Shown piece by piece: positions 1-8,415 of a stretch of 49,268 nucleotides of DNA (position 1 is its first letter; each line of letters opens with the position of its first letter). Source of the DNA: a virus. Its lineage: Duplodnaviria; Caudoviricetes. The notes under the pieces are model-generated. The model saw only the letters and a program-made list of their open reading frames with translations. It did no database searches and was not told the origin of the DNA. The DNA lies in IMG/VR virus record IMGVR_UViG_3300011415_000006, positions 1 to 49,268 of that record; one strand, 5' to 3'. Position numbers and translations under genes: made by a program.

Positions 1-123
1 GCTAGGGCAAGAAGAATCGCTTCCGAAGAAGCTCCCCTGAAGTTTAACTTCCCGTCCTCCCAAGACTTCTTGCCCCCTTAACTGCTCTTCCTAACCACAT
101 ATTAAGATCATATTATATCACAC
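1..123. repeat. Terminal direct repeat, left copy (123 bp; circular overlap)
   Basis: 1-123 is identical to 49146-49268. Confidence 0.95.
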
Positions 124-140
124 CTTTTCCAAAAAGTCAA
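112..140 (-). promoter_or_regulatory. sigma70-type promoter firing across the circular junction
   Basis: Minus strand TTGACT-17 nt-TATAAT with TG extension; palindrome copy at 145 lies just upstream of the -35. Confidence 0.75.
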
Positions 141-719
141 CTCATAGAGCTCATTCTGAGCCCCTTCTACTACGCACGCGCCTGCGTATTTCAAAGCCAT
201 ATAATATAACTTATACAACGCGCCCGCGGTAAAGATAACGCATACGCGGTCTTGATATAACAACAAAGAATAATATTAGTCTATGTTATTAATCTATATA
301 GATTAAGTTCATACTCTTATTCTTATATATAAGAAATCTTAAGATCTGCGTGCGTACGCGGGCCCGTATGTGTACGCACGAGGCAGGTCGGGTGAGCGAG
401 GTCTTGGACGGGTTTCGCCCTGGGCGGGGCGATTCGTGCGATTTTTTTTTGCGATAGGGTGCAGAATGAGCTCCACCCGATTATTTTTGGTTTTGGCGTA
501 CGACTGAGGGAGGGAGAAACCACACATCGCTTCGTCACAGAAAAATCTGATTGCTGCCCTGTCCTTTATTCTTCCGAGCGAGGTACGAGCGAGGCCGGTC
601 ACTGTCATTAACATTTGTCGCACATACTAACTGTGATTGGCATTTGAACCGCCACGTTTTTGGGGTTGCCGGTTCGCCGGTGGCCGCGTGGCCGGTGGCC
701 GGTGGGTGCAATTGGACAC

Positions 720-751
720 AAAAAGGGCGAAGGGGTTGGAATCCCTTCGCC
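720..751 (-). terminator. Intrinsic terminator after the 79-aa gene
   Basis: Minus strand GGCGAAGGGA-TTCCAA-CCCCTTCGCC followed by CTTTT. Confidence 0.65.
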
Positions 752-772
752 GGTCTATGTGGTAACTCGGGG

Positions 773-1012
773 TTACGGTGCGATTGCGTAGGCCATAACT
801 CCGATAAAGGTAATGATACAAAGGGTGGCGAATATCTCGCCAATGGTTGGTAATTGCAGTTCAAGTTGCGGGCGTGCGTTATACGCGTTGCGTGCTTCCT
901 GCGTTTTGGCGTATAGGTGGGCAAGGTCTTGGCGGTAGTGAATCGAGCATAAATCACGTCCGTGCAGGTGGGTGAGTTTGTTTAGGTTGCAGTTGGGTGT
1001 TTGGCATTTCAT
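773..1012 (-). CDS. Small hypothetical protein (N-terminal Cys/His motif, C-terminal TM helix)
   Basis: Strong RBS AAGGAGAATGAGAAACT-ATG; CxxxxC...CxxH; hydrophobic C-terminus; downstream terminator. Confidence 0.7.
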   Translation of the reverse strand: MKCQTPNCNLNKLTHLHGRDLCSIHYRQDLAHLYAKTQEARNAYNARPQLELQLPTIGEIFATLCIITFIGVMAYAIAP

Positions 1013-1049
1013 AGTTTCTCATTCTCCTTAAGATGATCGGTTTAAGATG

Positions 1050-1090
1050 CCTGGCTGAATAGGGCTCGTATTGAATCCTATTCAGCCAGG
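1050..1090. promoter_or_regulatory. Extended hairpin built around a palindrome copy
   Basis: CCTGGCTGAATAGG...CCTATTCAGCCAGG just past the stop of the large wHTH gene. Confidence 0.55.
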
Positions 1091-1099
1091 GCGAATTAG

Positions 1100-2872
1100 T
1101 TAGGCTTTTGCCGCGTCGCTGATAAGAGTTGCTATCGTTTTAGCTTCCTCTTGAATACCGGTGTAGGCCTCACCTATTGCCGCGTCTGCGTCGGCACTCA
1201 TTGCAGCTATTGCGAAAACGCGTGTGATTGCGTTCAAAGCATCCTCAATTGCCGCGTCCCGTTCTACTTCATAGGCGGTTGTTGCCAGTGAAGCAACGTA
1301 GGCTTGGGCTACGCTGACGCGTGTTTCGGGGGTTACGCTTCCGTCTGCTTCCAGTTCTGCCTCTGCTTTCGCTTCGGCCTTCTGGGTTTCGGTGGCTAGT
1401 GCGTCGTTAACCTCTATTACGGTCGCTGACAGCACGTTTTCAAAGCCGGTTAAGGTGGCCTCATCAACGGTGGTTGCGTCGGCATCTTTAACCGAAACGG
1501 CAAGCTGGTTAAGTCGATCGGCAAGCGGGGCGAGGTCTGCTACGTCAACGGTTCGCTCTAGGGTTGAACCGATGGTTTCGCGTAACTTCTCCAGCCGCTT
1601 GCTGGTGTTCGATTTCGTGGCCTGCGTTGCCGCTTCGCTTCGCACGATTTCAGGCTCGGTTAAGCCGGTCACAGCTTCCGTAAGCTGTACCGCGATCTGC
1701 TTAGCGTTCGCTAGGTCATCGTCCGAAACTCCTTTAACTGCTTCGCCGGCTAACAGTTTGCCGGCGAGGTCGGCTACTGCGTACAGCTTTGCACTCTGGG
1801 CGGTTTTCCCTTGTAGCAAGTTCTGGATAATCGTCGATGTTTTCGACAAAATGTCCAGCTTGTAAAGGGTCGGGTTGGGTGCTGATGCTTGACGCATCGA
1901 CACTAAGCCGCGTCCGGTGGCATCCTGCCAGTCGAGCAAGGCGTTGCGGCCACGTTTGATGGTGGCCTTGCTCATTCCGCTAGTCTGAATGATAAAGCCG
2001 TCCGTAGCAGGAAACCAGTCCGTGCTTCCGTTCGATGCTCCTATCAGGAACGAAAGAAAATCAACGGCCTGACGTGGGATCGGCAAGGGTTTGCCGGTTT
2101 CCTTGTCTTTGCTGATTTCTCCTAGCACTCTTACAGCGGCGTGTAATGCCGCGTGGCTTGCGGCCTGAAAAACGTTCGTTTCCTCTGTGTCCATCTTCTT
2201 AAGACGGGGCGAGACGGTCACGCCATTGCCGGTGGTTTCGGTGGCTAGCACAAGTTCGGATGCTGACTCTTCAACGGTTTTCCGTATGTTCAAGTCCGTG
2301 TCTGCCGGTTCACCTATACCGTAATTGCTCAAGGCTTGGCCTAAAGCCGATGGGCCACAGCGGTTAAACATTAGGTCTGCCGGTTGGCAGTCGAGCAAAA
2401 CGCAAAGCATCTGGATTCGTTTCGGGAACTTCTCATCTCCTCCAAATTGGCCTCCGGCGTTGTCCAGAAGTCGGGGCATCTTTAACGGGTTGCCTCCGGC
2501 CTCCTCTTTGGCCTTTTCTACCAGTGCGTCGATCTCGGCCTTAACTGCTTCCCTTTCCTCTGGGGTGAGGGGTGGAACGTCAACAAAGGTCTTTTTCGGT
2601 TTCTCTGCCGCCGGTGCGGTCGCTGTGCCGGTCGCGTCGGTGGCCTGATCGGTTGCCGGTGTGCCGGTCGTTTCGTCGGTTGCGGTGGTGGTGGTTGTCT
2701 GTTCGTTGTTCATTGTGATTTTGACAGGCTCATTATTCCGTCCGTCCTGCGTCGGGTCTAGGGTTGCGAGCTGTTCTGCGGTAAACATAAAGCTCATTTG
2801 CTGAATCGCTGTTGCGTGGTCAAGTCCACGTTCTCGCGTTTCGTATTCGTATTGTTCTGTGAGTGTTCTCAT
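1100..2872 (-). CDS. Large winged helix-turn-helix DNA-binding protein (replication-initiator-like HTH) with Ala/Glu-rich helical C-terminus
   Basis: ~590-aa ORF. Segment WFPATDGFIIQTSGMSKATIKRGRNALL...GLVSM...PTLYKL resembles HTH_36-type wHTH. Thr/Ala-rich N-terminal linker. Start uncertain. Confidence 0.6.
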   Translation of the reverse strand: MRTLTEQYEYETRERGLDHATAIQQMSFMFTAEQLATLDPTQDGRNNEPVKITMNNEQTTTTTATDETTGTPATDQATDATGTATAPAAEKPKKTFVDVPPLTPEEREAVKAEIDALVEKAKEEAGGNPLKMPRLLDNAGGQFGGDEKFPKRIQMLCVLLDCQPADLMFNRCGPSALGQALSNYGIGEPADTDLNIRKTVEESASELVLATETTGNGVTVSPRLKKMDTEETNVFQAASHAALHAAVRVLGEISKDKETGKPLPIPRQAVDFLSFLIGASNGSTDWFPATDGFIIQTSGMSKATIKRGRNALLDWQDATGRGLVSMRQASAPNPTLYKLDILSKTSTIIQNLLQGKTAQSAKLYAVADLAGKLLAGEAVKGVSDDDLANAKQIAVQLTEAVTGLTEPEIVRSEAATQATKSNTSKRLEKLRETIGSTLERTVDVADLAPLADRLNQLAVSVKDADATTVDEATLTGFENVLSATVIEVNDALATETQKAEAKAEAELEADGSVTPETRVSVAQAYVASLATTAYEVERDAAIEDALNAITRVFAIAAMSADADAAIGEAYTGIQEEAKTIATLISDAAKA

Positions 2873-2909
2873 TGGTTCGTGGCGGCCGGTTGGCGGCCAC
2901 AATTATATA

Positions 2910-2925
2910 GGCACGTACCGTGCCA
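2910..2925 (-). promoter_or_regulatory. Possible sigma54 (-24/-12) promoter or palindromic operator
   Basis: Minus strand TGGCACGGTACGTGC (GG-N10-GC), itself palindromic; a TATAAT also lies at 2902-2907 on the minus strand. Confidence 0.4.
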
Positions 2926-3051
2926 CAGTTGCCATTTTGCGAAAAAAACTGTAACTCCTTTGTTTGCAACAGTTACAATAGGGCTCATTATGATTCCTAT
3001 TGCCATCCGAAAAAATGGATCAAAAAAATGGATTTTCTCCAAATTCTCGGA

Positions 3052-3134
3052 TATGTACGAGGATCGTACAGGAGCGTGTCAATGTGACGCAGTGTGTCGT
3101 TTGGGCTCGGCCGGCTATGTACGAGGATCGTACA
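3052..3134. repeat. Two exact 19-bp direct repeats TATGTACGAGGATCGTACA, each palindromic
   Basis: Copies at 3052-3070 and 3116-3134; core TGTACGA-GGA-TCGTACA. Confidence 0.85.
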
Positions 3135-3381
3135 CGCCTGTGTCCTCGTGACACACGGAAGGAAAACGTAAGAAATTCTGACACACTTGGGTCAGATCGA
3201 CACAAGGGGCTCATTCTGAGCCCTATGCCCTCCGTCCCGAACCGCTATATTCGTTTATCTTGCGATTAGGGAAAAGAGCCTATCTGTCCCAGGATTGCTT
3301 ATTCCCTTATCTTGAAATTAGGGAAAAAACCTGTTTTCAAAGAGCCCGTTTCGTATCAGTTAAAACTTTAACTGAAAAACC

Positions 3382-3410
3382 ATTATAGCACACTTCAAGG
3401 CCGGTGTCAA
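3382..3410 (-). promoter_or_regulatory. sigma70 consensus promoter, leftward
   Basis: TTGACA-17-TATAAT on the minus strand. Confidence 0.8.
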
Positions 3411-3436
3411 CTAATTGCGATAAAATACGGCAAAAC

Positions 3437-3465
3437 TTGACAATTTACTCGAAATGTGTTATACT
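3437..3465 (+). promoter_or_regulatory. sigma70 promoter for the early arm
   Basis: TTGACA-17-TATACT with TG extension. Confidence 0.8.
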
Positions 3466-3552
3466 ATACATAGTATAGAAGTTGACAAGGAGTTGAGGAT
3501 GGGCCTCGGCTCGGGCGGTTTGGATAGGGTTCATTTTGAACCCCATAGGAGA

Positions 3553-3783
3553 ATGAGGTTTATGTGTTACTACTCTGACGAGGATTATGACCTCGGTTTG
3601 ATCGACGGCGTTGGGTTCGCAGACCCAGGCGGCGAGTCCGCCTTACGTGCGGCCACGCCTGATAACCCACGTATCCACCCGTGCCCTGAGTGCGGCCGGC
3701 CGGATATGCTCACGTCTTTGGACGTGAGACATCACTATCGGTGCGATATGTGTGCCGATGAATTACTTTCGGCAATGTCTTGA
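3553..3783 (+). CDS. Small zinc-finger phage protein
   Basis: CPECG...CDMCAD; RBS AGGAG after the palindrome; start 3553 or 3562. Confidence 0.7.
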   Translation: MRFMCYYSDEDYDLGLIDGVGFADPGGESALRAATPDNPRIHPCPECGRPDMLTSLDVRHHYRCDMCADELLSAMS

Positions 3784-3949
3784 TGGGATTCATTATGATA
3801 ATCAAACAAGATTCCTGCCTATACCGCATACTAGCGTTCTTTCCGTGCCTACGGATTGAGCACGTCCGCGTGGGGAGAGACTGCTCTTCCTACGTTTCGA
3901 TCAAGATAAGAATGGGTTCATAATGAGCCCTATTAAAAGGAGAATGAGA

Positions 3950-4372
3950 ATGAGTGCTACATATACAAAAGCAACACGCGATGGTCGTGATGTACTTCTG
4001 AAAGCCGTGGATGGTGTCGTCGTCAAGGTTATAGAATTTGTTGACGATGAGCCGGTAACAAAGAGGCCACCTGAAAAGCGTACCCACGCGGAAAAGATGC
4101 AGGCCGTACAGATGGTCGAACGTATGACCATCCGGCAGGGTATGAGTATCGCCGAGGCTTGCCGTGATACGGGTATAGCCATATCGCAGTACTACCTGTG
4201 GCGAAAGTACGACAGCGACACTGTACCGGCGGAGCCAGAGAACTATGTGCAGAAAATGAAAAGAGAGACTGCCGAGTTCTTGCGGGAGAATCCCGACGTG
4301 GCCGAAATGGTGAACGAGGTACCGGCGGAGAACGTCACACGGTGTAATGCCTGTGGCCAGGAAATCAAATAG
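3950..4372 (+). CDS. HTH protein (transposase-OrfA-like HTH) with C-terminal CxxC
   Basis: GMSIAEACRDTGIAISQYYLWRK; strong RBS; its stop TAG is the first 3 nt of a palindrome copy. Confidence 0.75.
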   Translation: MSATYTKATRDGRDVLLKAVDGVVVKVIEFVDDEPVTKRPPEKRTHAEKMQAVQMVERMTIRQGMSIAEACRDTGIAISQYYLWRKYDSDTVPAEPENYVQKMKRETAEFLRENPDVAEMVNEVPAENVTRCNACGQEIK

Positions 4373-4409
4373 GGTTCATTAAGAGCCCTATCAAATAAGG
4401 AGAATGAGA

Positions 4410-4622
4410 ATGAGCACAATTAAAAGTAACGGCATCACCTTTGAACAGTGGATGCAAGCCGTCGATAATGTACTAATGAGTATGTGCGGCCTCGGCCACG
4501 ACGACCTACCGGACGCACGCTGGCACGACGAATACGACGGTGATAGCACGCCGCGTGAGGCCATCGAGAATAACAACGACTATCTCGAAATACCTGACGA
4601 GCTAATAGGGGGTGACGAATAA
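4410..4622 (+). CDS. Small acidic hypothetical phage protein
   Basis: RBS AAGGAG; DDLPDARWHDEYDGDSTPREA. Confidence 0.75.
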   Translation: MSTIKSNGITFEQWMQAVDNVLMSMCGLGHDDLPDARWHDEYDGDSTPREAIENNNDYLEIPDELIGGDE

Positions 4623-4867
4623 TGCCACTAATCCTAGACATTAAGAACCCCGAAGGCGAGCGGGCTCACGTATACGCGAACCACCCGAAAACGCTTTCAA
4701 TCGCAATGAAAATCATCGACATCGAACGAGGGCAGGAACACGCCTGGGCGAGTATGCAACGGCCACACATCGTGCAAGACCATTACGCCTGGGAACTGAC
4801 TTTCGACGACTGTCCACCAAAGCAGGTCGTCTTAGAGAAAGGCTCGACCATTCACCTATACAGATGA
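4622..4867 (+). CDS. Hypothetical protein
   Basis: TAATG translational coupling to the upstream gene. Confidence 0.65.
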   Translation: MPLILDIKNPEGERAHVYANHPKTLSIAMKIIDIERGQEHAWASMQRPHIVQDHYAWELTFDDCPPKQVVLEKGSTIHLYR

Positions 4868-4870
4868 GCG

Positions 4871-5104
4871 ATGCGAGTATTCGCAAAGTCCAGAGATGAT
4901 TTCTATTATTGCAGAAACGGAATTGCCTACCACTACGACCACGGCGAATTGTATTCGTTCGACTGTAGCGGGCAGTTCCTTTCTGCCTTGTCGCGTCTCT
5001 TCGAGCGAAACATCGTTCGACAAATTGAGACACTCAGGGACACCAACATCGAAGTCGAGGTCAAACAGTGGTTCGACGAGGGTTGGAGTCCGCCGCAGAG
5101 CTAA
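4871..5104 (+). CDS. Hypothetical protein
   Basis: Tightly packed ORF ending immediately before a palindrome copy. Confidence 0.6.
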   Translation: MRVFAKSRDDFYYCRNGIAYHYDHGELYSFDCSGQFLSALSRLFERNIVRQIETLRDTNIEVEVKQWFDEGWSPPQS

Positions 5105-5139
5105 TAGGATTCATAATGAGCCCTATTTGGAGAATGAGA

Positions 5140-5499
5140 ATGAAAAAGGATAAATGCCCCGACTGTGGCAGTACAAACATATTCTATGATGAGCCGGCGA
5201 GTCTTATAGACCGCGTCTGGCCAAAGATGCATTGCTTCGATTGTGAGGTTAAAGTTAAACCACCAATTAACGCCGTCACGATCGAGGTTTCACCACACGA
5301 ACAAACCACCATTGGCGACATTGCCGCAAAGTATCTCATAGGCCGCCAGATCGTCCTAGAGAACAGGAAGTATGAGATACTCGACGCACACAACCGCGAT
5401 GGCTCACGCATCGCATTGCGTATCATCCTAGACAATGGCACGGTTCGTAATCTTTACCTGCCAACGAAATTGGAGCTAGTACGCGAGGAGAATAACTAA
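5140..5499 (+). CDS. Zinc-ribbon hypothetical protein
   Basis: CPDCGS...CFDCE; RBS GGAGAATGAGA-ATG. Confidence 0.7.
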   Translation: MKKDKCPDCGSTNIFYDEPASLIDRVWPKMHCFDCEVKVKPPINAVTIEVSPHEQTTIGDIAAKYLIGRQIVLENRKYEILDAHNRDGSRIALRIILDNGTVRNLYLPTKLELVREENN

Positions 5500-6026
5500 T
5501 GGTACCGAAAGAAGTTCTCGACCGCGTACAGATTGCGATAGATGTTTGCCAAAGCCGGCGGACACTCTACAATCGGCTATTCCTGCTAATGGAGTCATTG
5601 GACGGAAAGCACATCACAAAGGGCATCGTCGATAAAGTCGAGGCCGAAATTCCTGGGTATCGGGCAGACTACATTTTCTCAAAAGGATACGAGAAAGCTG
5701 TCACGTTTTACCCAAAGAACGGTAAGGCCGCGTACACGTCATTGCGATTCCGGTTGGTGTACCTGCCGCATCACGAAAAGGTACACTTTGAATCGTTCAA
5801 AGAGGAGTACGGTAGCCAGCGGGATTTCAATATGGTTCGGTTAATGCAGTTGAAAGCGTTCCAAGCGGACGCCGAAACCGGCCTTAAACGAATCGCAAAG
5901 ACCCTTAAAGCGGTTCGTCGGGTGACGGGCGTGGCTAAGAGTATATTGCACGAATACCGCTATATGACAGACTTGCTCGACGAGCGGGATAAGCAGACCA
6001 TCAAAGGAATGGCCGAAATAGCATAG
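5499..6026 (+). CDS. Hypothetical protein
   Basis: RBS GAGGAG; TAATG coupling; 175 aa. Confidence 0.75.
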   Translation: MVPKEVLDRVQIAIDVCQSRRTLYNRLFLLMESLDGKHITKGIVDKVEAEIPGYRADYIFSKGYEKAVTFYPKNGKAAYTSLRFRLVYLPHHEKVHFESFKEEYGSQRDFNMVRLMQLKAFQADAETGLKRIAKTLKAVRRVTGVAKSILHEYRYMTDLLDERDKQTIKGMAEIA

Positions 6027-6060
6027 GAGCAAAGGGCTCATAACGAGCCCTATTAAAAAT

Positions 6061-6291
6061 ATGGGAACAGTTTCAGAACGAATCGCAAAACAGATTGCGG
6101 AGAATGACGGCCATTACTGCGACGATCCTCGTGTAGCACGCATCGTCGAGTACACGAACTCGTGGGGTGGCCTGGCTTATGGATTGGAATACGCCCACGA
6201 AATTGGGCGGTATGCGGAGTCCGAATTTGTTCGGAATCCGCGGGTTTACTGGCAAGCGGGAGTAGATAACAATAAAAAGGAGAATGAGTAA
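6061..6291 (+). CDS. Hypothetical protein
   Basis: ORF following a palindrome copy; overlaps the next start. Confidence 0.65.
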   Translation: MGTVSERIAKQIAENDGHYCDDPRVARIVEYTNSWGGLAYGLEYAHEIGRYAESEFVRNPRVYWQAGVDNNKKENE

Positions 6292-6661
6292 AATGGTAGA
6301 TTTTGCAAATACAGCACCAAACGAAATGGACGCGATATTACCGTCAGGTAAGACAGCTAAACCGAAGCGGAAAATCAAGGTGATTAAACGCACACCCGAA
6401 GAAAAGGCCGTATTCGTCACAAAAGTTGACGAACTAAAAGACACGATCGGAATGAGCGTTGAAGAGGCCACCAACAAAGTTGGCATCGCAACCTCTCAAT
6501 ACTACGACTGGCGTAAACAGCTTGGCAAGGTGGCGGCCAAGCAGGTAATTAAGACGAACGGGAAAGCGAACGAGCAGTTTACCCGTATTCGACAGCTTGA
6601 GGCCCAGAACGAGCAGTTGAAGATAATGTACGTCGATCTGTTGCTTGCTCAGAACAACTAG
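6284..6661 (+). CDS. IS3-OrfA-like HTH plus leucine-zipper protein (stand-alone)
   Basis: GMSVEEATNKVGIATSQYYDWRKQ followed by RIRQLEAQNEQLKIMYVDLLL; no OrfB/DDE gene follows. Confidence 0.7.
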   Translation: MSKMVDFANTAPNEMDAILPSGKTAKPKRKIKVIKRTPEEKAVFVTKVDELKDTIGMSVEEATNKVGIATSQYYDWRKQLGKVAAKQVIKTNGKANEQFTRIRQLEAQNEQLKIMYVDLLLAQNN

Positions 6662-6678
6662 GGGCTAGAGCCCCGTTT

Positions 6679-6713
6679 CGGGTAGGGTTCACTTTGAGCC
6701 CTACCCGTTTTTT
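6679..6713 (+). terminator. Intrinsic terminator formed from a palindrome copy
   Basis: CGGGTAGGGTTCA-CTT-TGAGCCCTACCCG-TTTTTT. Confidence 0.75.
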
Positions 6714-6726
6714 AGTGGAGAAAATT

Positions 6727-6822
6727 ATGAAAAGTTTAATCTGTTGGTGCGGTGCAAGGATTTTCAATAATCATCACTGCGAGAACGGTCACTTAGTTTT
6801 ACGCTGGCGGAGGAAAATATGA
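6727..6822 (+). CDS. 31-aa Cys/His microprotein (not in ORF track)
   Basis: RBS GGAG; MKSLICWCGARIFNNHHCENGHLVLRWRRKI; ATGA overlap with the next gene. Confidence 0.5.
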   Translation: MKSLICWCGARIFNNHHCENGHLVLRWRRKI

Positions 6823-7262
6823 CGCTTACACCCAAAATGAATTTAGAGTTCAAGAAAGCCCAGGATGCCTTAGTCCGATCTGGCTGGCATCCGCAAACCA
6901 AAAGGTATCAAATTGAAACGAGGCTCGGCTCGGTTCACATCATCGAGATAGCCGAGGGCATCGACAACCCGCGGATGGTCGAGGAGCGTACATATTCTAT
7001 CGTGGCGTGCGGTGAAATCCTATCGCGGGATAAGGCCGTCGAAGTCCTTATGGCTTTATCCGAGTTGGGGTTTATGCCTTTTATCTGCATCATTCAGTTA
7101 CAAGACGGATTGCGATTAACTCGGTCGATCGACGTGCCGGACTATATCTACGATAGTATATCTTGCGATACACGTATCGACCAAGGGGTGGACGAGGCCC
7201 GTAGGCCGCCGTACGCAACAACGATTCCGTTGCTTCCCTTTAGCGAGACTATAATATCTTGA
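6819..7262 (+). CDS. Hypothetical protein
   Basis: RBS GGAGG; 147 aa. Confidence 0.7.
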   Translation: MTLTPKMNLEFKKAQDALVRSGWHPQTKRYQIETRLGSVHIIEIAEGIDNPRMVEERTYSIVACGEILSRDKAVEVLMALSELGFMPFICIIQLQDGLRLTRSIDVPDYIYDSISCDTRIDQGVDEARRPPYATTIPLLPFSETIIS

Positions 7263-7287
7263 CTTTTGCGTCAAAATGAGGTATAAT
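7259..7287 (+). promoter_or_regulatory. sigma70 promoter, probably giving a leaderless mRNA
   Basis: TTGACT-17-TATAAT; ATG at 7295 is 7 nt past the -10. Confidence 0.7.
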
Positions 7288-7294
7288 ATACATT

Positions 7295-7672
7295 ATGGGT
7301 AAAATAGGAAGAACAACTGGCTTTTCTATCGCGGAGGTTTATATCAAGTCGAAATGCGGCAAAAAGGTGACCCGTCGTGAAATGGAAAAATTCATCAAGC
7401 ACGACAAAGCCTCTCAAGAATATCTTCGGAGTCACGCACAAGACCCAGACTTTCGTAATAACTTTATGGAAGGTGTAGACGAAGCGTTGAAGAGTCAGTT
7501 TGGCTATTGCACCCGTATTTTTACGGGCTCGTTTCGAGCGGCCGAAGAAGTTGCCGACTATAAACGAGCCCAGCGGATTAGGGCTCAGATTGAGCGGTAT
7601 CAACCACCGCTACGGCCTCCCCTTCGCCCTGATGAAATACTAGGAAAGAACACAAATGACGATAACCGGTGA
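7295..7672 (+). CDS. Hypothetical protein
   Basis: 125-aa ORF directly after a promoter. Confidence 0.7.
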   Translation: MGKIGRTTGFSIAEVYIKSKCGKKVTRREMEKFIKHDKASQEYLRSHAQDPDFRNNFMEGVDEALKSQFGYCTRIFTGSFRAAEEVADYKRAQRIRAQIERYQPPLRPPLRPDEILGKNTNDDNR

Positions 7673-7907
7673 ACATCTAAAAATAGCCCGCATCGTTTAC
7701 GGGTATTCAAGTCAGGAACAGTTGGCTCGTGAGCTAGGTGTAAGTCTCGCTACTATCCAGCGATACGAAGCACTTGACGTAGTGGACGCTAAAGTACTAC
7801 AAAAATACCGTTCATTCTTGCAGTTTAATATCCCGAAAGTTGTGGAGTATATCTCAGATATGCGACATCGCCGCAACGTCGGCTTGACAATGGCCCTTAA
7901 AGTATAG
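7656..7907 (+). CDS. XRE/Cro-CI family HTH regulator
   Basis: LKIARIVYGYSSQEQLARELGVSLATIQRYE. Confidence 0.85.
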   Translation: MTITGEHLKIARIVYGYSSQEQLARELGVSLATIQRYEALDVVDAKVLQKYRSFLQFNIPKVVEYISDMRHRRNVGLTMALKV

Positions 7908-7954
7908 TATGCTGACGACGACGTTTCACTCTGCGGTGGCGTCTGTTGTTGGGG

Positions 7955-7994
7955 AGGGTAGCGGTCTTGGTGGAGTCGCTACCCTTTTTTGTTT
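7955..7994 (+). terminator. Intrinsic terminator
   Basis: AGGGTAGCG...CGCTACCCT followed by TTTTTGTTT. Confidence 0.7.
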
Positions 7995-8016
7995 GTAAGG
8001 GCTCAAAATGACCCCT

Positions 8017-8415
8017 ATGGCTAAACATCATTTTACACCCAAAGAAATCGCTTATCATCTTTCGGACCTCGTTAATTGCTATTGCATATCCGAATACAAA
8101 TTCCATCCCGTCCGCAAGTGGCGGTTCGACTACGCCTTTCCTTGCTGTCTGTTAGCCGTTGAGCAGGAAGGTGCTATCCACGCACAGGGTCGTCACACTC
8201 GCGGTTCTGGCTTTGAAGGCGATATGGCAAAATACAACGCCGCCGCAATTCTAGGTTGGCGGCTACTTCGGTTCACTCCGAAAGAAATTGAGACTTCTAC
8301 ATTCACAGAACAGGTTGAAGAGTTCTTTGCCTTAAATCCCTGTCCACACCCTCAACCGATAGACCTATGGAAAAACTCAGAAGGAGAAGAGAATGTTAAC
8401 ACCAGAAGAGATTGA
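8017..8415 (+). CDS. DUF559/Vsr-like PD-(D/E)XK endonuclease
   Basis: EYKFHPVRKWRFDYA...AVEQEG...GRHTRGSGF..DMAKYNAAAILGWRLLRFT. Confidence 0.8.
   Translation: MAKHHFTPKEIAYHLSDLVNCYCISEYKFHPVRKWRFDYAFPCCLLAVEQEGAIHAQGRHTRGSGFEGDMAKYNAAAILGWRLLRFTPKEIETSTFTEQVEEFFALNPCPHPQPIDLWKNSEGEENVNTRRD

Noticed and set aside
1-123. 123-bp end repeat as a biological direct terminal repeat
   Set aside because: Cannot be distinguished from assembler circular overlap; it cuts through a promoter, which favours an arbitrary opening point.
3525-6703. Integron cassette array (palindrome as attC)
   Set aside because: Sites are only 21 bp, lack the RYYYAAC/GTTRRRY cores, and no tyrosine integrase is present.
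6284-7262. IS3-family insertion sequence
   Set aside because: The OrfA-like gene is followed by a terminator, with no DDE OrfB or terminal inverted repeats.
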